In this document: positions 12,273 through 23,769 of the stretch, piece after piece
Layout: each line of letters starts with the position of its first letter
Numbering within the stretch: the stretch's first letter is position 1
Origin: Octopus sinensis
Taxonomy: Eukaryota
DNA: 64,000 nt
Direction: 5' to 3'
NCBI RefSeq assembly: GCF_006345805.1
Contig: NC_043004.1
Coordinates: 29,512,001-29,576,000 of the forward strand
The notes under the pieces: model-generated
Databases searched by the model: none
Told to the model about the DNA's origin: nothing
Seen by the model: only the letters and a program-made list of their open reading frames with translations
Translations under genes and position numbers: made by a program

Positions 12273-12289
<17 letters not shown>

Positions 12290-12356
<67 letters not shown>
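12290..12356. repeat. (TG)n microsatellite
   Basis: Direct reading. Confidence 0.98.
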
Positions 12357-12358
<2 letters not shown>

Positions 12359-12479
12359 ATGCGACTGTTTCAAAACTACACACACACACACACACAGTTA
12401 ATGGATCAGTTAATGTCGAATGTGACAAGAGAGTCGTGTTTGTGTACGTGTGTTCAATTTTGTTTATATACTTCGAGCT

Positions 12480-13091
12480 TCTTCTAATTCATATTTGAAG
12501 TTTTTCCGACGCATGAGACATTGGGACATGCCAGCAGATAGTTTTCAAACCATTTAGCATATAGTCATAGTCGGCGAGATAGCTTGCAGCAAGCGTTGTT
12601 GAGTATGGGAGTAAGTTGTGAAAGCCTGAATAAACAGAATTTGCGACGTAAAATCGTACATGTTCCAACATGACTCTGCGTCATCTCATAACGCTAGGAC
12701 AACCCAAGCGTGGATGTATGCTAGTCTCCCTGATCATGTTCTCCCAGACACATGGCCTCCTAACTCACCAGACCCCAATCCACTGGTCTATTATATATGG
12801 GGTATAGCCAAGACAGAGGTCAATCAACACAACCATAACAACATACAATTTCTCAGACCCCTCATAATCAGCATTATGTCCTAAGTTGCTAAACATCGTC
12901 TGATTTGGGCTTGTCAACGCTTCCGGCCCATTTTGAAGCAGTCATTAATACTAACTAGGAATTCATTGAATAGATACGTTAAAGGATTCTCAAGATTATT
13001 TGCAGCCATTTGTTTTCAAATATAGCTTTTCTTTAACGAGCTATGTGCCTTTTTCAAAATTTATACAAATGACCTCCAGAATTGACGCCCC

Positions 13092-13094
<3 letters not shown>
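12480..13094 (+). mobile_element. Tc1/mariner (maT/DD37D-like) transposase 3' remnant with probable right TIR ending at (TA)n
   Basis: FQHDSASSHNARTTQAW...WPPNSPDPNPLVYYIWG; terminus ...aattgacgccccctg followed by TA. Confidence 0.75.
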
Positions 13095-13165
<71 letters not shown>

Positions 13166-13300
13166 AATTATAAGTTCAGCAAAATTTAGATTCAAATGAA
13201 TATGGTACTTAAGTTAGATGCACCAGAATTTTGTATGGTGTTATCCTTATAAATCCATGGGGGTGATTATAATTAAAATAAGCAACAAGAATATCTTCGG

Positions 13301-13392
13301 TAATTTGGTACGATCGTTTCACGCTACATCATTTTATTAAACATTGTAAGTATTACAACAGTTTTAAAATGTTGAGCAATCATCAGCCATTT
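13301..13392 (-). ncRNA. Type I hammerhead ribozyme (family A) with extended stem II
   Basis: AAAUGG-CUGAUGA-UUGCU...AGCGU-GAAAC-GAUC-GUA^CCAAAUU; triplet at 13311-13309. Confidence 0.7.
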
Positions 13393-14073
13393 ACTCTTCT
13401 TTATTACTTCTCTTCCTAAAAATGAATCACCTTCTACTAAACCTAAGAAAATTACTCATCTTGATTACTCCTCTTCCATTTTTCTAATATATATAATCAT
13501 TTTATTAATAAGACTTTTGTCCACAGTTATTGAGTATTATGCCTACTCATAATAAATGATAGATTTTTCTCCAAAATTAAATATTAGATTTATAATTTCT
13601 CCTTTAATCCAACGTATCAAAATAATCAACACCTACTAGCTAAGTATAAAGCTGATGTATATAAGTGTAAAGGAATCTCTGTATTCTTTATAACTTTTTG
13701 GTATATAGATGGTCATTGTGACCATCTAGCATTGACCTAGTTTTCTTGATACAAAATCTGTTTGCCAAATAGCAATAAACAACATCTAATGCATAATATT
13801 CCCATTTCTACTTTAATTTCTTTAGAAATAACTTCTGACATTTATTTCACCCTTACTTCTATAAATAGAAAACCTCTTTTGTCTCCATTCAACTGAATAT
13901 ACTTCCCCACCTTCTAGCAGTTCAAAATAACTAAAAGAATATTCTTCAGTCAGAAGATAAATTCTATTACCTTGATGTTCTTAAAATTCAAATCGACATC
14001 TCTGTCTATATATCTACCTTCTTTATAATGTTATCAATTAATATGAAAATATGTATTAATGGAAAACCTCTAT

Positions 14074-14163
14074 AAATGGCTGATGATTGCTCAACATTTT
14101 AAAACTGTTGTAATATTACAATGTTTAATAAAATGATGTAGCCTGAAACGATCGCACCAAATT
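14074..14163 (+). ncRNA. Family A hammerhead with mutated cleavage triplet (GCA), probably inactive
   Basis: CTGATGA at 14080-14086, GAAAC-GATC-GCA at 14145-14156. Confidence 0.6.
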
Positions 14164-14598
14164 ACCGAAGATATTCTTGTTGCTTATTTTGATATGTATA
14201 TATATATATAATATATATAAAATCCGTTATATAAAATATATTATATAATATATATTATAAAATCTGTCTGTGTGTCTTCGAGGATCTCGGGCATCCTCCA
14301 TCCAATTGCGCTCAAATTTGATATGCGGATACCTAAGGTATCAGGGCGTGTATGAGTCTTGAAAAATTACAAAAATCGATTCCAGGTGAGAATGCGATCA
14401 ATTTCTGGTATTTTAAACTCTTCGGTTGCATATTTGTGTGAATAAAATCGTTTTTCTTTGGAATAGAAAAAAGTCTATCGTTATTTCTTCTTTTGCTGGT
14501 GTCTCAAATTTAGGTTAAACCAGTGTTTCTCAAAGGGGAGGCCTATGGGACGGTCGGACAAGTTGTTTTGAGAAATGGACAGTGCTGAGTTGTCAAAC

Positions 14599-14640
<42 letters not shown>

Positions 14641-15541
14641 CTGGTGTTAAAAACACCTGAAAATAATTCATAGGTAAGCGATACAATTCATACCAAGTCC
14701 TTTCGGAGCGACAGACATCGATGTTTCGTCGTTGTTGTAACTTATCAATGCCACGTAGCAAAAAACGCCTGCTGCAAGCTATATCGCCAACTATAACTAT
14801 ATGACCTGATGTGAGTTGTCTCGCTTGCCTATGAGATACTTTCAGGTGTTTGTATATTCTCTTACGCCTAAAAACGCAGCCGATCCACGAACTATCAACA
14901 CACACCTTGTGTATGTGTGTTCGATATATATATATATATATACGCACATACATACATACATACATACATACATACATACATACATACATGCTTATTCATT
15001 TCATGTATATGTATATGCACGTGTGTGTGCGTAAGCAGGCTACGTTTTGATGTCGCCAGTGAAGCCTGATATCATACGTGCAGTTTATATTGTTTTAGAT
15101 ATAGCTTGCCAAAGCTACCCTGGTTTATCAATCAGTAAGGAATGTAAATAAAGCCATTCTGTTTGCCATCACACAATTTATTTTGGTCAAATTTACAGTT
15201 CTAGAAATTAACGTTGCCATTGTCAATGTTGACCATTGTCGTCTGGTCGACTCAGAAACTGGAGTTTTACGGTTCCTTATAAAAATCTGTTTGATGTATG
15301 CCTTTCCTAGGTATTTAGACCTTCCAATTGTTGACGCGGTTTCAGTGTAGGGAAAGACATTTTTAATGATGATATTTGTGCAAGACGTTGTTGCTGCTGT
15401 TGTTGTTGTTGTTGTTCTCGTCGCTGTTGATGACGCTGTTTCTGCTATTGTTTTTGTTGTTACTGTCGTAGATGTTGCTGCTGTTGCTGTGTTGTTGTTG
15501 GTGGTGGTGGTTGTTGTTGTTGTTGTTGTTGTTATTGTTGT

Positions 15542-15576
<35 letters not shown>

Positions 15577-16104
15577 AAGCAACAAGACGGGTAAGGGTGA
15601 TTAGGTGATGGTCTAGGGCTTAGGAGCGGGAGACTCCAGACCTTGGGAAAAAAATAAAAAAAACTTTGGTCGTCTTGTTGTAGTCGAGGACTCTTCGTTG
15701 ACACCCGACACCCCTGCGAGGTGGCCCTCGAAGTCGCTGGAAATGGAGATCTCCAGATCCAAATTCTTGAACGGCTGTTGTTGTTGTTGGTGGTGGTGGT
15801 CGTCGTCGTCGTTGTCGTCATAGTGGTGAACGTGGTGGTGATAGGGTGATGATTGTGGTAGTGGGGTGGGGTGGGGGTGAAGGTGAGGGTTGCACAACTG
15901 TTACTAATTGTGAGCTTATGTTGAAGCTTCTGTTTGTTTGTTTGTTTGTTGAGCGAAGCGGTCTTCGTGGGAGAAGTCCGAAACGTGGTCCTTTGCTATT
16001 CGTAAGACCCGCAGAAGAGAAAGCAGGTCAACCCCCGACACCGAGAGCGTCGACGGATGGATGAGTGAGCATCCAGGCTCAGCGGTTGCGTAGGAAGTCG
16101 GGGA

Positions 16105-16290
16105 CAAGAAACAGGAAGAAAGAGTGAGAGAAAGTTGGGGCGAAAGAGTACAACAGGGGTCACCACCACCCCCTGTCCGAGACTCGTGGAGCTTTTAGGT
16201 GTTTTCGCTCAATAAACACACACAACGCCCGGTCTGGGAATCGAAACCGCGAGTCCGCTGCCCTAACCATTGGGCCATTGCGCCTCCACT
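16105..16290 (-). mobile_element. SINE family C copy
   Basis: Reverse complement matches 10676-10800. Confidence 0.8.
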
Positions 16291-17464
16291 TGCTGTTGCT
16301 GTTGTGGCTGTTGTTGTTAATGCTTTTAGTGTAGTTGGTGGTGGTAGTGGTGATTGGCTGCAGTGTTTTAGCTGCTCTAATTGTTGTTACAGCTGTTGTT
16401 CTTGTCACTACTGCAACAGCTGATGATTTTGTTGTTCTTCTTCTTGTTCTTGTTGTGCTGTTGTTGTTGCTGCGAGTAATTCTATAGTTCCTTTGATCTC
16501 GACGTCGTTGCTGCTACTGCTGCTGCCTCTGCTGTTTCAATGATGATCAAGGGGTTATTGAGGATTAAGATGTTAATGATGGTGTAGGGGAATAGTTTAT
16601 CAATGATTTTGTTAAAGTTATATTCAGATTCTATTTCGCTTATTTTTCTAATTTTCCCTCCTTTTTCTCGAGTGATTGATTTTCCCTCCTTTTTTTTTTT
16701 TTTGCTGAGACCAATTTTATCAGCAATTTATTCCATTTCAACACGTTTTACTGTTTCATTAAATTGGATTTCACTTACTTTTATGTACTTATTCATTTGG
16801 TTGATTTAATTTGACAGAACATTCTATTGGAGAATATCTAAATAAAACTCCGTCATTACAATAATATCGTAAACAGTTTTCAAATAAAATCAGAAAGACC
16901 AACCCAGACACTGTGTTATATTTAGCGCTTCATTTCACACACCTCGGATACTCCCAAGGCACCACACACGTGACCATATCAATACGCATACCACACACAC
17001 GCACACACACACACACGCACACACACACACACAGACGACCCTCTAAACATGCCATACGTGCATTCCTTCAAATACACTACGTCCATACAAACACACATAT
17101 AGATACACACATGCATACATAGATACACACACTACACACATACACTACCCATTTACATTACACACACATGCATTCCTTCTAACATACCACACATAAGTCT
17201 ATACTAACACACATACACACACGCATACTACATACATGCACCATACACAATACACTATACACACACGCGCTACATGCACATAAGTTACACACACATACAC
17301 ATCCCTTCAAATGCACCATACACTCCTTCAAACACACCATACATAAGTCCATACAGACACACATATATACATGCTACGTACATACAATACACACACACGT
17401 AGGCACACACACACACACATACACACACTACACAAATATTCTTGCTGCATACACTGCGTACATC

Positions 17465-18118
17465 CGAGGGTGGGCTACAAAAACTCATAGGTTGACTATG
17501 AAAGAGTGATGCTAGAGCTGTGAAATCTAGCATGCATTAATTTTAAATCTCCTTAGTTGTAATTGCATTGTTTCTTTCCAGGTAAACTGACATCGGACTG
17601 TTCAAAGAAGACTTCAAAAGTAACTGCTGCTAGTAACAGCAGATATGACATCATCGCCGCTGCGATACTGGTTCTTAGCCAAGACTTTTTTCAGGTTGGG
17701 AAACAGATGAGTCAGGTGAGGCCAAATAAGGAGAATAAGGTGACTGATCAACCAGCCCAAAGTCAACGTCACGCACCACAGTAAACATTGAAACTAAAGA
17801 CTTGTGTGCTGGAGCATTGTCCTCATAAAACAAGACTCCATTCGTCAGTTTTCCTGGGCGTTTGGCTTTGATAACCTTTCGTAACTGCCTCAGCAATTTG
17901 GCATAATTCTCGCCATTGATGGTGTACCCTTTTGAAAATAGTAAATAAGCACAATGCCTTCTGCATCCCAAAATGTTGAGGCCATCACCTAACCAGCAGA
18001 TGAAACGACCATAGCCTTCTTTAGTGCAAGTGAGGAGGAAATGTTTCCACTGCATGGATTGTCTCTTTGTTTCTGGCTCAAAGTGATGAAGCCAACACTC
18101 ATCCTGAATTACACACAC
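17465..18118 (-). mobile_element. Mariner (DD34D) transposase 3' remnant with probable terminal inverted repeat
   Basis: QDECWLHHFEPETKRQSMQWKH...LFYEDNAPAHKS...SPYSPYLA; same family as 61905-62998. Confidence 0.85.
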
Positions 18119-18464
18119 ACACGTCTCTCTATAAATCAGTCTAACATTAGTGGGGGATGTGTAAAATTACAGGTTTTATGAAATCTCGTTTGTGTATCGA
18201 TAAATAAATTTGTAGATCTTCAATAACATTCTTTCGTTATATCAAAAAATGTCCGTTATGTCATCATTTTAGTTCCATAGTTAAGATCCAAGGTTATTTA
18301 CAGCGTAATACACACGGATACATGCCATAACAAGCTGAATGTTACAAATTATAAAACTTTATTTTAATGGTTCAGTATTTAAATTAACACAAGGTCGAAT
18401 CTGCATTTTATTCATCCGAAGTCAATAAAATAAATCGTAGTAGTTGTGTCATATTGTACTAAAC

Positions 18465-20708
18465 AAAAGGCCGTACCAGACGGAATTCAAGGATTCTGGC
18501 TCAAGTGGTTTAGGTCAACACACAAGAGAATTGCGTTGCAATTAGACAATTCTCTACAGAGTGGTGCAGTTCCGGAGTAGATGGTAGAGGGAAAAACAAC
18601 ATTGTTAAAGAAAGATCGGTCAAAGGGCAATGAGGCTGGCAATTACCGACCCATTGTTTTTGTTAACTTCCTTTGGAAAGTATTAACAGGTATACTCGCA
18701 GGGAAAATATATACGTTCCTTGCAGAAAACAATCTATTTCCAGTAGAACAAAAAGGAATGCCGAAAGGGACCCAAGAGCACCAAGGACCACCTCGTGATA
18801 GACAAGGTTATAATGAAGAACTGTAAACGATACCAAAAAAACTTATGCATATCCTGGATAGACTTCAAAAAGGTTTACCACATGTTGCCGCATTCGTGGA
18901 TTTTGGAAACACTTGACATGTGTGGAATAGCTGAGAACGTGTGTGCACTGAATAAGAACAGGATGCCTAGTTGGAAAACACGTCTTTCCTGTAACAACCA
19001 GCTCTTAGCCGAGGTAACGATCAAAAGAGGTATCTTCCAAGGAAACTCCTGTTCACCTCTGTTATTTGTTATAGCCTTGATCCCACTTTCTGTAGTCCTG
19101 CGCAAAGTCAACGCACACTATGAGCTGAGAAGGAGTGGACCTCGCCGCAACCACCTCCTCTTCGTGGATGATTTAAAACAGTTCACAAAAATAGAGCCTA
19201 AAAAGGAGAGGCTGGTTGAGACTGCGCTAAAGTGCAGCAAGGATATAGGGATGGAATTCGGTATCTCGAAATGCATGGTGCTTACTTTGAAGCGGGGGAA
19301 AAGAGCAAATTGTAGGGGCATAGAATTGCCAAACGGAGAGAGAATGGAAGACCCAGATGATGATGGGTACAAGTACCGTGGAATCCTGGAGATGGACAAT
19401 ATCTTGCATAAAGAAATGAAAGACAAGGTCATCACTGCATATTTCAAGCACCTCAAACTTCTCTTGAAATCAAAACTCAACTCAAGGAGCCTTGTGACTG
19501 CCATCAACACATGGGCTGTTGCTGTAGTCCGCCATAGTGTACCCATCCTGAAATGGACACAAGCAGAGGTTAACTAACTCAATCACAATACTTGAAAGAC
19601 AATGACAATGTATGGTTCCCTCCATCCTAAGGTGACTGTACACAGGTTCTGCATGAAGAGGGGTAGAGGTGAACGTGGGATGATTAGCGCACGGGAGTGC
19701 ATCAACAGTGAAAGAAGAAACCAGGCAGAATATTTAGTAAAGAGCAAACAAGGCCTGCTACAATATACTGCTAACTCAGGATTTAGCAAGAATGGTCTTA
19801 AGAGCGCCGATCAAGAACAGCCAACGAGAGAGAAGAAACCCTACTCCGCAGGAATTACATGGTCAGTTCCACCATGAAACCAACAAATTAAAAGACCAGG
19901 AAGCATCATGGAGGTGACTCAGCAAGGGTGGCCTAAAAATGAAAACTGAAAGCCTAATCATCGCTGCCCAGGACCAGGCATTGAATACCAACTCAGTAGA
20001 AAAGAATATATACCACACAAGTACCACGGACCTCTGCAGAATGTGTGGGAAGAGGGTCGAAATTGTAACTCACATTGTTAGTGCTTGTGAAAGTCTTGCG
20101 CAGAAAGAAAACAAGTGTAAACACGACAAGGTAGCCCAAAACCTCCACTGGCTGCTATGCTGTAAGTATGGATATGAGGTTAAAGGTACTTGGGTAGCAA
20201 CATACACCGGAAAAGGTAATGGACGAAAAGGGGAAGGCAAAAATCCTCTGGGACTTTGACTTCCAACAGACAAGGTATTAGAGCACCGAAGACCGGAAGT
20301 AGTAACTTTTTGGGGGGGACAAACAAGAATGCCTAACAATTGACACGGCAGTGCCAAGAGATCAATATATCATCATGAAAGAAAGAGAAAAGGTTGATAA
20401 ATATGGAGACCTGAGAATTGAGATCGCTAAAATGTGGTAGGTACGAGAGTCAAACAGAATGGTTATCCCTATTGTCTTCGGAGTATTGGGTTCAATATCA
20501 CCCAATCTGAAAAAAAAACATCCGAAAACTTTAGAAATACTTTAAATCTAGATGCATTGCAAAAGTCGGCATTACTTCAAACTGCACGCATATTGCGTTA
20601 ATTACTCTCTGAGGTCCTTCTTGTGACTTGACAAACAGTACAAACCCCCGGTAGACACAATATCTTCAAACAACCTCACGATATTGTATCCTGTGCAACG
20701 TCTGTAAC

Positions 20709-20709
<1 letters not shown>
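18465..20709 (+). mobile_element. 5'-truncated R4/Dong-like non-LTR retrotransposon (RT, CCHC, RLE), frameshifted
   Basis: NYRPI, WIDFKKVY..LPHSWI, GIFQGNSCSPLLF, HLLFVDDLK; CRMCG...THIVSAC zinc knuckle; LWDFDFPTDKVLEHRRP RLE; ends at (TAA)n. Confidence 0.9.
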
Positions 20710-20764
<55 letters not shown>

Positions 20765-20806
20765 TGATGATGATGATGATGATGAGGAGGAGGAGGAGGA
20801 GGAGGA
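20709..20806. repeat. Compound (TAA)n(TGA)n(GGA)n microsatellite
   Basis: Direct reading. Confidence 0.97.
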
Positions 20807-21533
20807 TAATAGCACAGAACCAGGCATTGAATACCAACTCAGCGAAAAATATATACCACACAAGTACCACGGACCTCTGCAGAATGTGGGAAGAGGGTCG
20901 AAAGCGTGACTCACATTATTTGTGCTTACGAAATTCTTGCGCAGAAAGAGTACAAGCGCAGACACAACAAAGTAGCCCAAAACCTTCACTGGCTACAATG
21001 CCGTAAGCATGGATACGAGGTAAAGGGTGCTTGGTACCAACACCGGAAAAGGTAATGGACGAAAAGGGGTAGGCAATGATCCTCTGGGATTTTGACTTCT
21101 AAACAGACAAGGTGTTAGAGCATCGACGGCCGAATATAGTAACCTTTAGGAGGGATAAACAAGTGTGCCTAACAACCGACGTGGCCAGGAGATCAATATA
21201 TCATCATGAAAGAAAGATAAAAGATGGATAAATATGGAGACCTAAAATTGAGATCGCCAAGATATGGCAGCTTCGAGAATCAAGCATAAATGCTTCCCTG
21301 TAGTCATCGGAGTATTGGGTTCAATACCATGCAACCGCAATAAACTTCTGGAAACTTTAGAAATACCCTACAATTTAGGTGTATTGCAAAAATCGGCATT
21401 ACTTGGAACTGCACGCATACTGCGTAAAGTACTGTCTGTCTGAAGTCCTTGTGACTTGACAGACTGTACAAATCCCCGGTAAACACAATAGCTTCAATTC
21501 ACATCACGATATTTGATACTGTGACGTCTTCAA
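20807..21533 (+). mobile_element. Second, shorter 3' copy of the same R4/Dong-like element
   Basis: IAQNQALNTNS..KNIYHTSTTDLCRM through the 3'UTR aligns to 19960-20700; ends at (AAT)n. Confidence 0.9.
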
Positions 21534-21545
21534 TAATAATAATAA

Positions 21546-21749
21546 ACCATTCTATCATAGGCACAAAGGCCTGAGATTTGGGAAGAGAGGCTAGTCGATT
21601 ACAACAACCCCAGTGCTCAACTGGTACTCAACCCCAGTGCTCAAAGGCAAAGTCGATCTCAGCGAAATTTGAACTCTGAACACAAAGCCGGAAGAAATGC
21701 CGCTTAGCATTTTCCCAACATGTTAAATATTCCGCTAGTTCACCACCTT
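21546..21749 (-). mobile_element. SINE family A copy, diverged
   Basis: Similarity to 1867-2270. Confidence 0.7.
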
Positions 21750-22779
21750 GCTAATAATAATAATAATAATAATAATAACAGCAACAACAATAAATACAAC
21801 ATCAAAAGCAACAGCAATAGTAATAACAACAACAATAATAATAACAATAATGATATTAAAAGGTGATTGATTAATGAGTGTTTGAAATTTTATGTGATAA
21901 TCGAAATCCTATTTGATAGATTGGCAGCAAAAAAAATTATAATCCCTCTGTAATTTGGTTTATCTTTTAGCGAGAGTCAGCAGCTTTCGCCTTAAAGATA
22001 TGATGGAAGAGGAATTAAATTTAAATTTAATTTCTCAAGAAATTTCCCTGGAAATTAGGTTATCGTGTTCAATAGTTCTATTCAGATACTAAAATATTGC
22101 TTTTATTTGTTTTGTAGAGACGGAATTGGGGGAGATTTTGTTTTTGTTTATTTTATTGGTTTTTATCTTAGCTTTCCTTTCATTAGAAGAAAATTTGTGT
22201 CTAAATTTAACTTTGTTGTAACTCAAGCATATTTATAATAAAGAAAAAAAAACTGCTTCATCATATTTTAATTATCCAAATACATGCCATACTAGTCAAT
22301 ATTTGAATTAAATTCATTCTCTTTCATCCGTTCTTTACATATTTCACCAGTTCACATTTATTTAAAATTTTTAAATTATGTTATTGTAAACAGAAATAGA
22401 TTCTACTGTCTTGAGGTGGTGAGGAAGTTAATCAAACCAGAATAAAAGCAGATGTTTTATTCAGATTTGTCAATCATCCTTCACAGTAAGTGATGTGTCT
22501 AGCTTTGGTGCTTAGGTGCCAATTTTGCGGCAAATGACTTGAAAGTATGTGTACTTTGATGTGCATTGTTTTATTCTTAATATAACTGTTCACCTGTTTG
22601 GAAATAAAGGATCTCTCGGGATATACAATTTACCGATTTATAGAGGCTGGTGGAGGCATAGCTGAGGCAAACAAACGCCAAAATATTACCGGTATTTATT
22701 TTATTGGCTCCAGATATTGAAATCAAAGTCGATCCCGCCAGATTCGAATTGGAGATAGTTGTTTAGGCACTCTACCTGT

Positions 22780-23690
22780 TCTAACATCCGCTAATGACAA
22801 ACGTTTCGTTGAGGAAGAAAGAATTTTGTGTCCTGTATTTGGCAAGTCTCACTCCCAAACTATAGATAGACGTGGTTGATGTTCAGTTTTAACACTTGCA
22901 AATCGAGGTCTGTAGTAAAAAAAAAAAGTGGCAGCAAGAAACTTGTAGGAAGTTGACATCCTCCGAAGAAAGGACTGGGTATGGAAATTAGTGCCGGGTT
23001 TAAAAGGGGAGAAACAGGATGAGAAGCAATAAATATGACGGGTGAGTTTGACTGGAAGTAATATGAAGAATAGAGATCATCGTTGCCAACTTATTACATC
23101 TTTTGGGTGTAATCTAAAAGATTTGTATGTATAGCAGCATCAGCAGTGGCACCGTCCTAGATACGGAAGAAATATTCCATTATGGCTAATGCTTGAGATT
23201 TGAAGAGTCAGGAGCTAATGCGAGCTGAAGTATCTCATGGTCCTGAAGAGGAAACTTAATCTCTGGGATGAAATTTTGTTGTGTTATGTGGTGTAGGACA
23301 AGTAAGAAATATTAAGTCTTGATGAGTCTTGTAACTCATCAAGTCTTGTAAAGGTATTCACCCGGCAGGGGTTAAAGCAGCTCTTTTTGAGTTCATAGGA
23401 GTTTCAAAAGATTATCAAAGTTCGCGAAAACTGTTCCCATCTGTATTCGTAAGCCACCGTACACGATCGGTAGCAGTTCGTCCTCGTGTTACGCCTTATT
23501 GCTGCAGGATGCCTGCAGACGCGATCCAGTTAGCCGGGTTGCAGCCCTAGCACTGCCGGCGTCAGACCTGTCCGCTTTGGGTGGTCCTACCAGGGACTCG
23601 AAGTCTCTAACTGCATAGTTCTGACACTCACTCGTTTAACCTTCCCACCAAGATACGGTCAAAGGCTGGACTTTGATGAGTGTTAATTAC
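22780..23690 (-). mobile_element. Decayed LINE 5' region: GC-rich 5'UTR (23450-23690) and AP-endonuclease-like remnant
   Basis: The 5'UTR resembles RTE/I-clade leaders (agaactatgc...cctggtaggaccaccc...gacagg); downstream sequence faintly resembles APE motifs (LDELQD, F.PE..LQE); heavily mutated. Confidence 0.45.
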
Positions 23691-23769
23691 ATGTTGTCCA
23701 AGACAAGAGAGAGGGATGTGGGATATAATTTTAATCACAGGTTTTCAAATATATGCACAAATACTGTAT

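Larger units (their letters stand above)
11227..12278. mobile_element. Penelope-like family D element: ~138-bp inverted arms (11227-11364 / 12141-12278) around a GT-rich spacer, flanked by (TA)n
   Basis: Arms are near-exact reverse complements, each holding an outward-pointing hammerhead-like motif. Confidence 0.7.
13165..14193. mobile_element. Penelope-like family A element, locus 1: inverted arms (13275-13393 / 14073-14190) around a decayed spacer, flanked by TA-rich tracts
   Basis: Arms are reverse complements and homologous to 26650-27349; the spacer may hold a very degraded GIY-YIG remnant (weak). Confidence 0.7.

Noticed and set aside
23318-23343. Perfect 10-bp hairpin CTTGATGAGT/ACTCATCAAG resembling a hammerhead start
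   Set aside because: No GAAA, stem III or NUH follows; it lies in a LINE coding remnant
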